A stretch of 64,000 nt of DNA from contig NC_042997.1 in assembly GCF_006345805.1 (NCBI RefSeq), forward strand, positions 5,704,001 through 5,768,000. Direction: 5' to 3'. Under the pieces are notes generated by a model that had not been told where the DNA came from, ran no database searches, and was given only the letters and a program-made list of their open reading frames with translations. A program made the translations under genes and the position numbers. This document shows, piece after piece, positions 38,988-52,796 of the stretch (position 1 is its first letter; each line of letters opens with the position of its first letter). This stretch comes from Octopus sinensis (Eukaryota).

Positions 38988-39110
38988 GAGAGCTCCGCTC
39001 GAAACGTCATACCCTCCTTCTTCCCTTTTTTCCTAAGCGCCTAATAATACTTTAATTGTTCCACATCCTCGCGTTGTTGTCTTTTTTGTTTTCTTGTTTG
39101 GATTAACTTA
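38988..39110 (+). mobile_element. PLE terminal-repeat remnant with 5'-truncated hammerhead
   Basis: GAGC-TCC-GCTC-GAAACGTC directly after (TA)n(GA)n; same stem II design as 2279-2316. Confidence 0.55.
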
Positions 39111-39111
39111 T

Positions 39112-39148
<37 letters not shown>

Positions 39149-39167
39149 GTGTATATATATATATATT

Positions 39168-39204
<37 letters not shown>

Positions 39205-40655
39205 GTACCTCGAATTAACGATTAGATTGAATCGAAGTATCCATTCATAAAAAGAGAGGCGATGTTACATAATAATGAATTTTAAAATTTACAAATGACA
39301 CTTCTATATTTCCTTAGGAGATTTCACAAAAAATATTTACAAAACCATTACTTAAAAATAAAGAAAATATAACTTAAAACAAACCCAATCGTTCCATTCA
39401 CTATATCTGTCATAAACAATAAAGAAGCTAACACCTCTAGCGTTTTACACATTACTCATTGTTTTCAGTCCCCGTTCATTTTATGGTTCATAATTCGATG
39501 TGTGTTTGCTGGTCGTATTCTTTCTTTTTTTTTTTTTTTTCAAAGTAAAAAGATTTGTTTTTATATACAAATGTATGAAATTCCTTTCTACTGTTCCTCT
39601 TCGTCTAAATTTCATGTAAACAGACGTGAAATTACTATTTTACGTATAGCAGCTTGAATACTCCTTCCTCATTTTGAATATTCAGACTTGAAATTTACTA
39701 TCGGATCATATGACTAAGCAAGAATCGGATAAACTATATTATATTACACAAAATAAATCCAGATAAGAAAAATGGAAATATAACGTGAGATGATAATACA
39801 GCTAACTAAAATATAATTAGCCCCAGAAGATAGACAACGGAAGCAAGCGTAATACAGAAGACAATATACGCATCCAGACACATGTACACACACGCATGTA
39901 CACACACACACATGTGCACACAAGCATGTACATACACACAAACGCACACACTCTAATTCACATACTGACACTCACTCAAACACATGTATATTAGTATGTC
40001 AGAAACAGAATGAAAGATAACATTCTACCGTAATGCAAAAGTATTTTGTGTTTGCCGAAGTTATTCTGACGTCAATAGGCGAAACCCAATTAAAATAACT
40101 GCAGTAACAAGAGAAACCACACATAAACTGAATGCATACACATGATTATTCATTAAAATACCATGAAAATAGCCGCAACCAGTAATATTAGATAATCCAG
40201 AACATAATTCAAGAATGATATTTCAACGACATAGGTCAAAACATAACCATATATTTCATGAAAATATATAAAACTGACCATATCTTCATGTTTAAGAAGA
40301 CATACACACCAATGCGCACATGTGTACGCAAATATACATTCATTATTAAAGTGAATCATACTTACACTAGAACATTCTCTCAGTCGCGAGATAAGTAGTC
40401 TCACGTGGCTAAGAGTTGTTTTGACTATTGCTCCTAGTAATGCCGGTGCTGGCTAGCACCCTCGGTCGTTTTAGTGACGACTATGCTCGTGCCTTTCGGT
40501 TGTAAATTGCGAACGGAGAGCTTACATCCATATCATATACACACCGCATGGTTATATGTAACTTCATAGCAAATATACAGGTGGGCCCACAAAGTAAATA
40601 TGTCTATAAAGACTATGTAAGTGTAAGTGGAGGTGAGTCTGTATATACATACAGA

Positions 40656-40709
<54 letters not shown>

Positions 40710-41423
40710 TGTATAAATGTTGAATGGATATGATTCGTCCTTTTATTTGGCAGTTTCCAAATAAGATTTCTAATGTTGATTCTTCATATTCTGCTGGTAG
40801 TTTACAGGCATAAATTTGCGAAGATATGAAAGTAATACTTGTATATGATATGATGCTGAATTTATGGAAAGAAGTCCCATAAAACTCATTAATTTAGTTG
40901 AAAATGGAGGAAACAAGTTACTAAAATATATGAGAAATTTTTTTCATGCAGACGATCGCTTCAGATTGCACAGTGTGTGTGTGTGTGTGTGAGTGTGTGT
41001 GTGTGTGTGTATTTGTGTATGTATGTATGTATGCGTGTATGTATGTATGTATGTATGTATGTATGTATGTATTCGTTCATACACGTATCGTTCGGGACAT
41101 GGTTCGGCTTTCAGGTTTTGTAAGTGGATGTGGGAGATGGAAACTGAAAAAGGAAGTCTTATATGTACATATATGTCTACGTCTGTGTGTCTTCGAATCT
41201 GTGTTTTGCTCACCATTTCTTGAGAGCCGGTGTTGGTATGTTTGTGTCCCCATAACTTAGCGGTTCGTAGATAGAATATGAGAGAATAATTACCAGATTT
41301 CAAAAAACCCATTAAAATGTAATTTTAAAAAATGTATCAAATACTGGTTCGATTCATTCGACTAAAACATTTTTCAAGGTGATGCACGATTGAGACAAGT
41401 AGGAAAAAAAAAACAGTTAAAAA

Positions 41424-41579
41424 ATGGCTGTGTGGTAAGTAGCTTGCTAACCAACCACATGGTTCCGGGTTCAGTCCCACTGCGCGGCATCTTGGGCAAG
41501 TGTCTTCTGCTATAGCCCCGGGCCGACCAATGCCTTGTGAGTGGATTTGGTAGACGGAAACTGAAAGAAGCCTGTCGTG

Positions 41580-41624
<45 letters not shown>

Positions 41625-41842
41625 TTGTGTGTCTGTGTTTGTCCCCCTAGCATTGCTTGACAACCGATGCTGGTGTGTTTATGTCCCCGTTACTTAGCGG
41701 TTCGGCAAAAAGAGACCGATAGAATAAGTACTGGGCTTACAAAGAATAAGTCCCGGGGTCGAGTTGCTCGATTAAAGGCGGTGCTCCAGCATGGCCGCAG
41801 TCAAATGACTGAAACAAGTAAAAGAGAAAAGAGTAAAGAGTC
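41424..41842 (+). mobile_element. Composite SINE (young, same subfamily as 11738-12153)
   Basis: Near-identical, shares variants CTTGCTAACC, GGCATCTTGGG, CCAATGCC, GAAGCCTGTCG, CCCCCTAGCATTGC, AGTACTGGGCTTAC. Confidence 0.92.
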
Positions 41843-42337
41843 ATTACATTTTAGGTTTTACTTTATTCAATCATTAGATTGTGACTTGAAGCGCTTTTAA
41901 TCGAACAAACCAACTACAGTGTTTGTTATTTTTTTTTATTTGTGGTTCTCATTCTATCGGTCAGCCAAGGGCTACAGTAGAAGACAATGGATCAAAATGC
42001 CGCGCATTGTAACGAAATGAATAACCACGTGGTTACAAATAGAGCTAACACACAGACGTACTCGCACCGAGAAGCATGCATTTGTGTATATCTGTGAGGT
42101 TGCCCTCCATATGTATATCTGTATGTATTATGTATGTACGTATTTATGCAAGGATATAAGGATGCGTGAATGGATGGAGGGATGCTTCAACTAAAGCTGG
42201 AGAGGCTTTCTAGTCTTTATTAAGATCAAATTTTATCCTTTTACGCACGAAAGCAAAACATATCAGAGAATATGACCACGTTCGAAGTTCGAATTTACAT
42301 TATCCACGTCAAATATTAGTAGCTATCTATCTATCTA

Positions 42338-42372
<35 letters not shown>

Positions 42373-42373
42373 A

Positions 42374-42406
<33 letters not shown>

Positions 42407-42756
42407 CTCTATCTATCTATCTATCTATCTAAATATACATATGTATATATATGCGTATATTTTGTTTTTATATAGTGAATGCGTGTTTACATTTTCGTGT
42501 ATATATGTATAAAGGTATTTATATATACATGCACGCGTGCGTGTGTGTATGCACATATATATATACATGCATATATATATGCATATATATATATGTATAT
42601 ATATATATATATGCATATATATATGTATATATATGCATATATATATATATATACATACATATACATACACACATATATGCATAACATACATAGAGGCACA
42701 GCACAGGCACACATATGCATTTATACATTTGTATGCATGTATGTTTATGTATAAGA

Positions 42757-42792
<36 letters not shown>

Positions 42793-43644
42793 GTGTGCGT
42801 GTATTTGTGAGTATTTTTGTTAGTGTGTGTATGTATATATATGTATGTTGTTATGAAGAATATATCACAGCTAATCCTATATATTCCAATCTTTAGTGTT
42901 TGCTGGAATGTGCAGCCATGTTGAGGTACATTGTTTCAGCGAGATTTATAATTCAAGCGATTTTACTATGACATACATTTATGTTCTTTTTTTCTGGAGC
43001 TTTCAAGATAATATTTTCATGCTTCATCGGAACCTAGTTTGGTATACTTAATAGATGATAAAGATGTCTCAGACATTCCAAGGATTCGGTAAGCATTAGA
43101 ATTTTTATTGTATTAGATTTTACCAGTAGAACAGGAATGTTAAAGAGCTGGTGTATTCCGCTAAATGAATAAATACAAATGTCGATGTCTCGGAATTTCA
43201 ACAAACTGAAAATAATTTTCTTCCTCATGTCTTTAGAAAAGTCTTGTCTGATAATTGCTTTCATTGTTAAACGCCAATACGTACACGCACGTTATACACA
43301 TTTTTATATACATAAACAGATACATGCTTATACATACGTTAGTATACTTATGTATGTATGTATGTATGTATGTATGTATGTATGTATGTTTGTATGTAAG
43401 TATGTGTGTGTATGTATGCATGCATGTATGTAGGTATCGATTGATCGATCTACACTCCCGCACATACATAATTACGTTAACGCTCATATACACACACTCA
43501 TATATATATATATGTATGTGTGTGCATGTGTGTGTTTGTGCGTGTGTGCGTGTGCGTGCGTGAGTGCGTGCGCGTGTGCATGCGAGTGTGCATGCGTGTG
43601 TGTGTTTGTAAATGAACATCTCCAAATTAATTTAAAAAGAACAC

Positions 43645-43917
43645 TCCGACGGTTACGATGAGAAGGGTCCCAGGTGATACGACGAACGGAACAGCTTCGT
43701 CGAGAAATTCACATGCAAGTGGCTGAGCACCGCAAACACGTGTGCCCTTAACGTAGTTCTCAGAGAGATTCAGCCTGACACACGGGGTGACAAGCCTCGC
43801 CCTTTGAAATTACATGTACTAATATTTGCCAGCTGAGTCGACTGGAGCAACGTGAAGTAAAGTGTCGATCGTACGATCGTGAGCACAATGCTCTAACCCC
43901 TAAGACATGCGCCTACA
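43645..43917 (-). mobile_element. tRNA-derived SINE, third family, with internal deletion
   Basis: Minus head GGCGCATGTCTTAGGGGTTAGAGCATTGTGCTCACGATCG; body GTTGCTCCAGTCGACTCAGCTGGCAAA and tail ...CGTAACCGTCGGAG. Confidence 0.65.
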
Positions 43918-43968
43918 TATATGCAGGCATACAAACATTGCTCAAGGAATTGTGTACTTGTAATGGTA

Positions 43969-44000
<32 letters not shown>

Positions 44001-44698
44001 AGAAATTGTGATATTCTTTAATGAAGCTCAACACATCTTAACTCTATAAAAGGACTTTTCATATGATACATGGAAGAAAATCAGTTCATTGGAAACATCT
44101 AAATATTGTAAAACGTTTTTTCTTAAACGTCGTGTTTCGTCTTACTCGTCCAGTATTCCTGTAGTTTCTGGTACGATGGCTGTGAGATAGTTAAAAGAGT
44201 TACTTGCTTTTCAAAAATTTATCAAGATATCCACAAAGTAAAGAAAAGTTTTGAAGAAAATCATTCAATGCTTCTTACAAAGCTAGTAAAAATATTTCAA
44301 GAATAATTGTCATCCTCTCTTAAACTATTTCGGAAGCAAATATTATTGAGAATTCTGTATGGAGTATTAACTAAACTTTTGTAGTAGGAGTTAAGAATTA
44401 AAGAGAGTGAATTTCACCCAAAATGTGCTGTAATGTACACAGACTAATGCCTCTCAATTCCATGACTTTCAATACGATTTATACATGTCTCTAGAAATCT
44501 GATTCCATAAGAATCTCTACAATATAACTTGTCAGTTGCTCCAATCATTAGACTGAAGCCATGCTGGGTTACCGCTTTCAATAGTTTAGTCGAAGAAATC
44601 GCCCCGAGGTCGTAATATTTAGACTGCTACATATTCAGTTGGTTCAAGCGGACGTGAATGGGGCTGCACAATTTGTCAATCGGTTATAGATATGTATG

Positions 44699-44734
<36 letters not shown>

Positions 44735-44745
<11 letters not shown>

Positions 44746-45019
44746 CACGTGACCAAACCATCAGATGTTGCTACACATCGCTGGTCACAATGCGATCGCA
44801 TTGTTTTAGCCTTCGAATAACGCCACCCCCACTGGCTAAGAAAGAGTGAGAGAAAGTTGTGGTGAAAGAGTACAGCAGGGATCACCCCCGCCCTGCCGGA
44901 GCCTCGTGGAGATTTTAGGTGTTTTTGCTCAATAAACACTCAAAACGCCCGGTCTAGGATTCGAAACCGTGACCCTACGACCGCGAGACTACTGCCCTAA
45001 CCACTAGGCCATTGCGCCT

Positions 45020-45022
<3 letters not shown>
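44735..45022 (-). mobile_element. tRNA(Arg-like)-derived SINE
   Basis: Minus head GTGGAGGCGCAATGGCCTAGTGGTTAGGGCAGTAGTCTCGCGGTCGTAGGGTCACGGTTTCGAATCC (A and B boxes) continuing into a non-tRNA body. Confidence 0.85.
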
Positions 45023-45053
<31 letters not shown>

Positions 45054-45077
45054 GCACACACACACACACACACACAC

Positions 45078-45118
<41 letters not shown>

Positions 45119-45584
45119 TTAATATCGTGTTGAGTCTGAGTCTGTGTGAGAATATGAACGGAGGTATAACGTTCCATCACTAGTGATCACTACAAACATC
45201 ATGATGTTAACTGGATGTTTGATTTTTATCACTTCCGGTATATATACTCATATAGCACTGTCCACAGATTATCACCCAGAAGCTCTGAAATGTTCTCGTT
45301 GGGGCTTGCAGTACAGCAAATCGTTTCCAAATTTTTGGCAAAGTGAATTGCGTCATGGTGCTGTTTTTCTCACAGAGAGTGCAAAACTGACCCTATAATA
45401 CTATTTAGTCGACAAAATCAAAATCAAATAATACGCAAGCGTGAAATAAAAGATAAGGAATGCCGACGATTTACCCATCACACATTGTATTATATATATA
45501 TAGCGGCGTATGTACACTTTGGTCTCTTATATGTAAGTATACATTTTTCTAAATCGTGTATGACTCTATTTCTGTCTATTAGCC

Positions 45585-45890
45585 CTTTCACGCTTATTCG
45601 TTCATGCCACACTTCGTTCTTTCGACGCCCTCCCCCCCTCACGCATTACTCTGCCTTCTCCACTTTTCACTTGACTGTGTCCCTGTCATTTTTTTCTCGT
45701 ACCTCCTTAATTCTTCTGTCCCTCTGTCTCTACCCATCTCTCTTCTCTTCCCATGTTACCGGTGTTCAGCTAAGCCTCATCTTTCTTTCTTGGTCTGGTC
45801 GTTGTCCGTGCAGCATCAATATTCTTCCCCGTGCCCGTGGAATATTGTATCGCTACCGTAAGGCTTCATTTCCACACACGCTAGCTTAAT
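45585..45890 (-). mobile_element. RTE-clade LINE C-terminal remnant
   Basis: YGSDT...KMRLS*TPVT...EELRRYEKK*QGHSQ...EGRVMREGGGRRKNEVW follows the RTE order YGSETW...EMRMLRW..GVT...RLRW.GHV...GRPRKRW. Confidence 0.55.
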
Positions 45891-46269
45891 TTAATTCGTC
45901 CTTTGTCGAAAGACACATGTTGTTATGCCCTGTTATTATTTTTATTGTATTTGTGTTCTTGTTTTTCCATCCTTGCTTTTGTATACATTTGCTGCTTTCT
46001 TCCAAGGAATCTAATGCTCTTAGCTTAGTTTTTTCTTGTGGCTGTCCAGCTTGGAGCAATCTCGAGTATAATCACCCGAAATTGCGAAGATAATCTGGTA
46101 CTCGACTGAAGAAAAAAACTTCGAATGACCCCTCCTTGTTTTCTTTGTAGCATCTATCTGGATGTTTTGTTGTCGCATTTTTGTATCACCTAACTGACAA
46201 GGTGTTTTGTATTCTTGTACATATTGTATTTTCTATACACACGCACACACACACATACACACATACACA

Positions 46270-46325
<56 letters not shown>

Positions 46326-46503
46326 AGCATGTATGTGCGCATGCATAACTGAATTTTGGACGAAAACATGAAATACTGTATAAATGTAATCACCTGCCGC
46401 TTACGTACATGACTATCGTTATATTCACACGATGCATCTTATATACATTCGTATTTATCACACTTACATATGTACATATCATATTTATGATGCATATATA
46501 TGC

Positions 46504-46573
<70 letters not shown>

Positions 46574-47314
46574 AACATATTTATATTGGAATTATGATGC
46601 ATAGATTCACAGACTAACATACGCGATCATTATTGCTCCATCATATCTTTCAGCCATCACATCTATCCTCCTCTTCTCTTTCACTTCTCCCAATTTACTT
46701 CGTTTAATGATGTCCCATTACAGCTGGTATTCGTTAAGTAATTTGTAACAGTATTACTTAGGCATTCATCAGTTTTAAAGCTGTTATTATATTTTGGCAA
46801 GGTTTACATTTAATGGAAGGAAGGTACGAAGAAATATTTACGCGTAATCAAACGGAACATCATTCTATTAAGTACACGGGGTATAATTAGTCCAATAGGC
46901 GTTGCCTTTCAATTTTATGTTAAAGGCTATGCCATGTGGTTACAGTGAAATGATTTCTCCTTGCGAACATAACACAGTTCTACGTGCTAAGTGTTTATTT
47001 GAATTTACATAGCCATGGTCACTTTAATATAACTCGATTAAATGATAAGCGCATTAATAGACGAAATGCATGATGAGAAATAAATATATAACGGTTTCGA
47101 CTCTTGGTCGGTGTAAACTTACTGTCGAACGGTTTATAGAAGTATAATGACATTATTAACTTTTTTATTGCATTTTGCTAATTTTACCAATAAAATAATT
47201 TCGGTAATATAATACGAGACGAATTTCAAGTTTTATTTATGTTTGTCAATCAACTAGTTTTTGGCGTGCTTGCGTATAGATTAAAACGTACGCATACAAA
47301 TGTATCTTTTCTTT

Positions 47315-47736
47315 TATCTTCGGTTTGTTTCTGTAATTCTACTGCGGCCATGCTAGGTTATTGCCTTAAGGAGTGCTTAATCGAACAAATCGACACCGGG
47401 AATTATTCTATCAGTTCATTTGCCGAAGCGCTACGTTGCATGAACAAATCAACAACAGTTGTCAAACGGTAGGGGAACAAATACGCACAAACACAAACAC
47501 ACACACACACACACACACATACGCACACACACACACACATACACACAAATACACACACACACACACGCACATACGCTCACATGGTGTGCTTCTTCCAGTT
47601 TCCATCTATTAAATCGATTTACAGCGTCAAATCAGCCTGATGATATAGTAGAAAATTGTTGTCCAAGTTGCCAAGCGGTGTGACCGATCACGGAGAGATG
47701 TGGCTGGTCGGTAAGCAAGCTTCTTGTCACACAGCT
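47315..47736 (-). mobile_element. Composite SINE, old diverged copy with internal (CA)n
   Basis: TACTGCGGCCATGCT...TCGAACAAATCGAC...GTTGTCAAACG...(CA)n...CTTCTTCCAGTTTCCATCT...GGTAAGCAAGCTTCTTGTCACACAGC. Confidence 0.7.
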
Positions 47737-47745
47737 AAGCGAGGA

Positions 47746-47868
47746 CCTACTGAGAGTTAGAGGATTACCACAAGCGGTCTCCCATCTAATTACCACATTT
47801 GTTCGACGCTGCTTAATTTCGGTGTCCGGACATTAAACCGGTGCATTCGACGCGGTATAGTGGATATA
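47746..47868 (-). pseudogene. 5S rRNA pseudogene
   Basis: Minus strand ...CTATACCGCGTCGAATGCACCGGTTTAATGTCCGGACACCGAAATTAAGCAGCGTCGA...TTAGATGGGAGACCGCTTG... aligns over ~120 nt with the animal 5S consensus, including A- and C-box regions; many substitutions. Confidence 0.85.
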
Positions 47869-50771
47869 CATACCCATCCGCGCATTTATATGCGCGTTAC
47901 TTACATGTTCCTTACAAATTTCTTGAAGAATTGATGAATTTGAATAAATAACAAGGCCTGCTTTCGTTTCCGTGTATAATCTGCTAACAGCTTAACCCGA
48001 TGTACTTTCATAAGGTAAACAGCAAATTTTTGCGATAGATACAGCTCCGTTGTTTGCTGAAATTGTATCTAAAACCAAGCAGTTTTAATAGAATCATCAT
48101 TTTCTCATAAGCGTTTTCATTTTATACATATTTTATCACTTGAATTGTATGCTGACTGCGGTGATCCCTACGAGAGAGAAACAAATTCCTCACTTCAATG
48201 CATATCATATCAAAAATGATGTTGATTTCTCTTAGAAGGAAAATTATTTATGTGACACCCTCAAAAGAAGAATAATGATCATAACATACATACTCTCTGC
48301 CTTTGCGTAGTTGTAAGTCCTTTATGAGGTGATGCCAATAATCCGCCTACCTGAGATATAAAATATTACATTGCACCTGAATAAAAGTAACAGTATATAA
48401 CATAGAGGTTTGACGTCAATTTGACATATAATATCTTCTGCATATGACCAAATAACATATTACATGATAACGGGCACTTATAATTTGATAATTGCTCTGA
48501 TGAATTGCTATCCAGAGTCGGATTTTTTATAATACATGCTTATATAATTCATAATTCAACAAATACTCGGAAAAAACATCCTACCGAGAAATATCGTATG
48601 CCAGAAATGCAATTTTCAGTTCAAATCCTCATAAATTGCTCTGAAGATTTTTTTTATCTAAACTCTAATCGGTGACATAAGGATGAAACGCGAATATTTT
48701 CATATGTTTAATTTCGAATATAGGAGGGGATCCGACTGAATTTTGTGAGAAGAATGTAAGTACAAAAAGTCATGTGCCTTTTACTAAAGCAAAATATCTT
48801 CAAGTATGATTTTATCTGGGACTATTTTATGACTTATGCATTTTCTCAATAATTTCTTAATGTAGAAATGCAAGAAAGCTGAAAATATACCGGTGCCGAA
48901 TCAAAGCAGAACTCGACACGCTCACGAGCGCTCTGGACTCGAAATAACATGTAAAGAGACAAAAATAGCGCAACGAATGCGGAAAAAAAATCTGCAACAT
49001 CGAGTTTATAAACTTATTGAAATCGAGTTGCGTGGGAGATTTCAAAAGAAGGCTTGACTTCGATAGTCCAGAAAGCCTGCCTTAACTGACAACATCAAAA
49101 TGATAGCACTGAAAAAAACAACAAAAAAAAAACAAAAAAACAAATGGATGAGCTGTACGTAAAATAATATGCTTACATACAAGGATAAATGTACTCTATC
49201 AATTGATTCTTCCTATATGTTAATCTCATACACTCTCGAATTCAAACTTTCTTCTCTCTCCCTCTCTCCTTGCATATTATTGTCAGTATAAATATGGCAT
49301 CTTGAAAGAGGAAAAGTTTTGTAACAGCAGCAACGAAGGTATTTACAGAGCAACGTAATATGACGTGTTATTTGAAATGTTCTGGATATTTCTAAAGCTA
49401 TTATGGTCTCTCCAGAAATATTTTCAGTTAGATGTACACAAAATGAAAATCCTTATTATTTAAATTACTACTCATGAAAAAATATTTGTTGCAAAAAAAA
49501 AAAAAAAAACCATTTTTGGAGAGATAAAAATAGTCGACTCAATCTATTATTGTATATTTTCTGAATGATTTATTCGATACCCTCAAGCTAAAAAGGACTC
49601 TTAAACATTATTTGATTTCATATAAAAATCTAACGCTACATAATGGCATCCAGAATAGGTAAAAAAGCACAGCAGTTTTTGCCATATAAGTAAAGTCTAT
49701 TATATTGATTATATCGTTTCAGGGCGACTGGATTTATCGACTACAGAAATGAGGCGTAAAGTTCATTTTGCTGGGATTTTAACTACGATTGGAAAGAGAC
49801 TAAACAAATAGCACCTAATATTCCTAAATTTAAACTTAAACATATAGAAAGTTGTTCAGATAATTTTTATTACAAATACCATATAATTTATATGTCTAAT
49901 ATTCTACAATTGAAAAACGTCAGGGATGAAATTGGTATATTAATCTTGATTGGTACTTTATTTACATTTAACTAAATAGAAGAAAGCCTGGCGAATATAA
50001 TCTGTGCGAGATTTCACTGAATCAAAAACGGGGATATAATAATCAAGTATTTATACTTATAGCTGTAGCAGTTCATTAATATGTCTGTTAAAACTATGAT
50101 ACACTGAATAAAACAGAGGGAACTGCGCAAAGTCACATACATACATACATACTTCCCTTGAAACAACAATGTTAGATTGTACTACAGTAAGGAACCATGC
50201 TATTGTAAAACACACAACTCATTATGACCAACAGCTAAATGAGAGTGGTCAGTAGCGCTAGGCATATGGCATGTACCTAAATGCATACACACACATACAT
50301 GCACACACACAACACATAAACGCGCGCACAAATACAACACATAAACGCACGCACACATAGATACATGCATACACACATATACGCATACATATGTCGATGT
50401 TTGTGTCTACGCATAATTGTATAAAAACTTTCAGATCAATTTAGGGATCACACAAATTTTAGAAAATATATTTTTTTCTATTAAGTTAACAAATCAAGAT
50501 TGATATAGTCGTGCGTATGTATGTATGTATGTATGTATGTATGTATGTATGTATGTATGTATGTATGTATGTATGTATGTATGTATGTATTTATGTATGT
50601 ATGTATTTATACATGTATGCATATATGTATGTATGTAGGTAGGTAGGTACTTACGTATGCCCTGTGTATGATTTTCAACTGAATCTAGTTGCAGAGTTCT
50701 GTTTTAGAAGTTGCCGTGTTTTAGGGCAAGTGGAATCTCGTCTAAGCTACTATTGTTCCCAAGTATAGTAT

Positions 50772-50844
50772 GACCCAGGGCACCCGTCAGAATCCCCGCT
50801 TTGGAGTAACTAGCATGTGTAGTTGCCTTGGATCTGATGACGGG
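50772..50844 (+). ncRNA. Degenerate HDV-like ribozyme candidate
   Basis: P2 CCCGTCA/TGACGGG, P3 GAA/TTT, L3 TCCCCGC, hairpin TAACTA/TAGTTG, J4/2 CTGA; P1 3' strand not in the canonical position. Confidence 0.45.
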
Positions 50845-51867
50845 GACTCAAAATTACCTGTGTTGCGTGCAATGAAACCAATGTGTGAGGAAACCCAATT
50901 CGTTATCACAGCATCCGTCTAGAAGATGTATACAAATATGTAAACACTACTAAGATGTAAAACCTGCAGTTTCACGTGTTTGCTGGTCATATCGTTGTAG
51001 CCTGTTATTAGATACTAATCATCAAGTTGCAGAGAGTGGTACTTGTGTTATACAAGTGCCTAATCAGTTATAACTTGTGTTTGACACTAATGCTTCAAAT
51101 CATGCTCATCTGTAATTGAACTGAATCGTTAAGTTGGAGGCCATAGATGCCTTAAAAGGTTTAGTCGAACAAATTGACATCAGTACTTATTTTTAAAACA
51201 TTTGATACCTATTCTATTGGTCACTTTTACTAAAATCGTACGTAAATGAAAGCAGCTGCATCAGCTGAAATTTTGGAACGGTCCCGCCATCTTCATTTCT
51301 TACAGTCATAACAGACGGCCTTACTGGTTTGCCCAGATATCTGTCGTCTGCAATAACCGTCTGGGAATTTGAGACAAGTTTTCTTCTCAATTCGGCTGGA
51401 TTAGCTTGCCTATATTTTGTTCGTCAAGCCAACTTAAAATACATTTGAAATATTTTAAAAACTGTTCCTAATTTTCCTATTAGCGTTATTCTAAACCTAC
51501 GAACCAGGAGTAGTACTCATACTCACTACCTAAACTGTGTCACATTATTTACGCTTATATTCAATTATCCATTCTACTGTGCGATTATTAATAACTAAAG
51601 ATAGGCCATTTAGACCTAAATTTATGAAATGTTTATGGTTAATATAAGGATATTAAACTTTGTTTTCCTTAGTTAGGTAGTGGCCAGCGTTAGATTACCC
51701 TGGCTATATCCTTCAGAATTTAAACAAAATTACCTATAATATGAATAATTAAAAAAATGTCACAATCCGAATTAGATGTATACATATATGTTCAAAGATA
51801 CATTTACTGTTTCCCCGCCCACTGTATATGTTTGTATGAGGGCAGATGAGAATATATGTGTGCGTAT

Positions 51868-51912
<45 letters not shown>

Positions 51913-52573
51913 GGGAGGTTGTATTTATGAGCGTGTCTAAAGGATTAAGATTTTTTAAATCTACAAAGTTTTGGTTGATAAATAACAAAAATCAACATTC
52001 ATAAATATATGAAACAATGCTCCATAAGTGAGTTTATTTAGGAGACAGAGACTAGAAAAGGTAGTGAGCGCGTGCGCATGTGTGTGTGTGTGTGTGTGTG
52101 TGCATGTACGGGCATGTGTCTGTATAAGTGTTTTGTGCCTATGCTTCTCCGTCCGCCTTGGCACCGGTGTTGGTATGGTTACGTCCACGTTACCGAGCGG
52201 TTCGCGAAAAGAAAACATCAGAATAAATATCAGACAAGAAAAGTAAGCCCTGGTGTCGATTCGTTAGAGAAAAACTTCTCAAGACTGCAATGTAATGGCT
52301 GAAACAAGAAGAAAAGATAAAATACACACACAAACACGTGTATATATTTTTATACATATAGATAAAGTGGTGTAGTTTTTTTCGGATATGGCACATCTCT
52401 CGAACTTTTGATGAATGTTTCGACCGGGTTTTGCTTTTGCCTTAAGTAAAAACAGTTTATTTCATCCCACCCCCGTTAAAAGTTAATTTTGTGTCCTTTA
52501 ATGTATGTGGACTAAATTAGATACTTTAAAATTAACACTTAGAGGAATGTATATTTTTGTATATACATAAGTC

Positions 52574-52790
52574 CAGTTATCCTTCACTATATCACGGTTC
52601 ACCTATCGCGGTTTATTAGTCAAGCTTACGTCGATTCTTCTGTGGAGTTGTTTTGCATTTATAATAAAACAAATATATACAAATTATAAACAAATAAAAT
52701 ATACAGTACAGTACAATTTCTACTTCGCTGATTTTTACCTAACACGGGGGATCTTGGAAGGTAACACTGGCGATAATCAAGGGATTACTG
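52574..52790. mobile_element. Tigger/pogo-like MITE
   Basis: Imperfect TIRs CAGTTATCCTTCACTATATCACG and GCGATAATCAAGGGATTACTG, followed by TA. Confidence 0.55.
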
Positions 52791-52796
52791 TATATA

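Noticed and set aside
44945-45022. Functional tRNA-Arg gene
   Set aside because: Acceptor stem does not close, there is no terminator, and it continues into a SINE body
46085-46135. Hammerhead-like CTGAAGA...CTTCGAAT in repeat-like sequence
   Set aside because: Stem II and the GAAA core are too degraded to support a call
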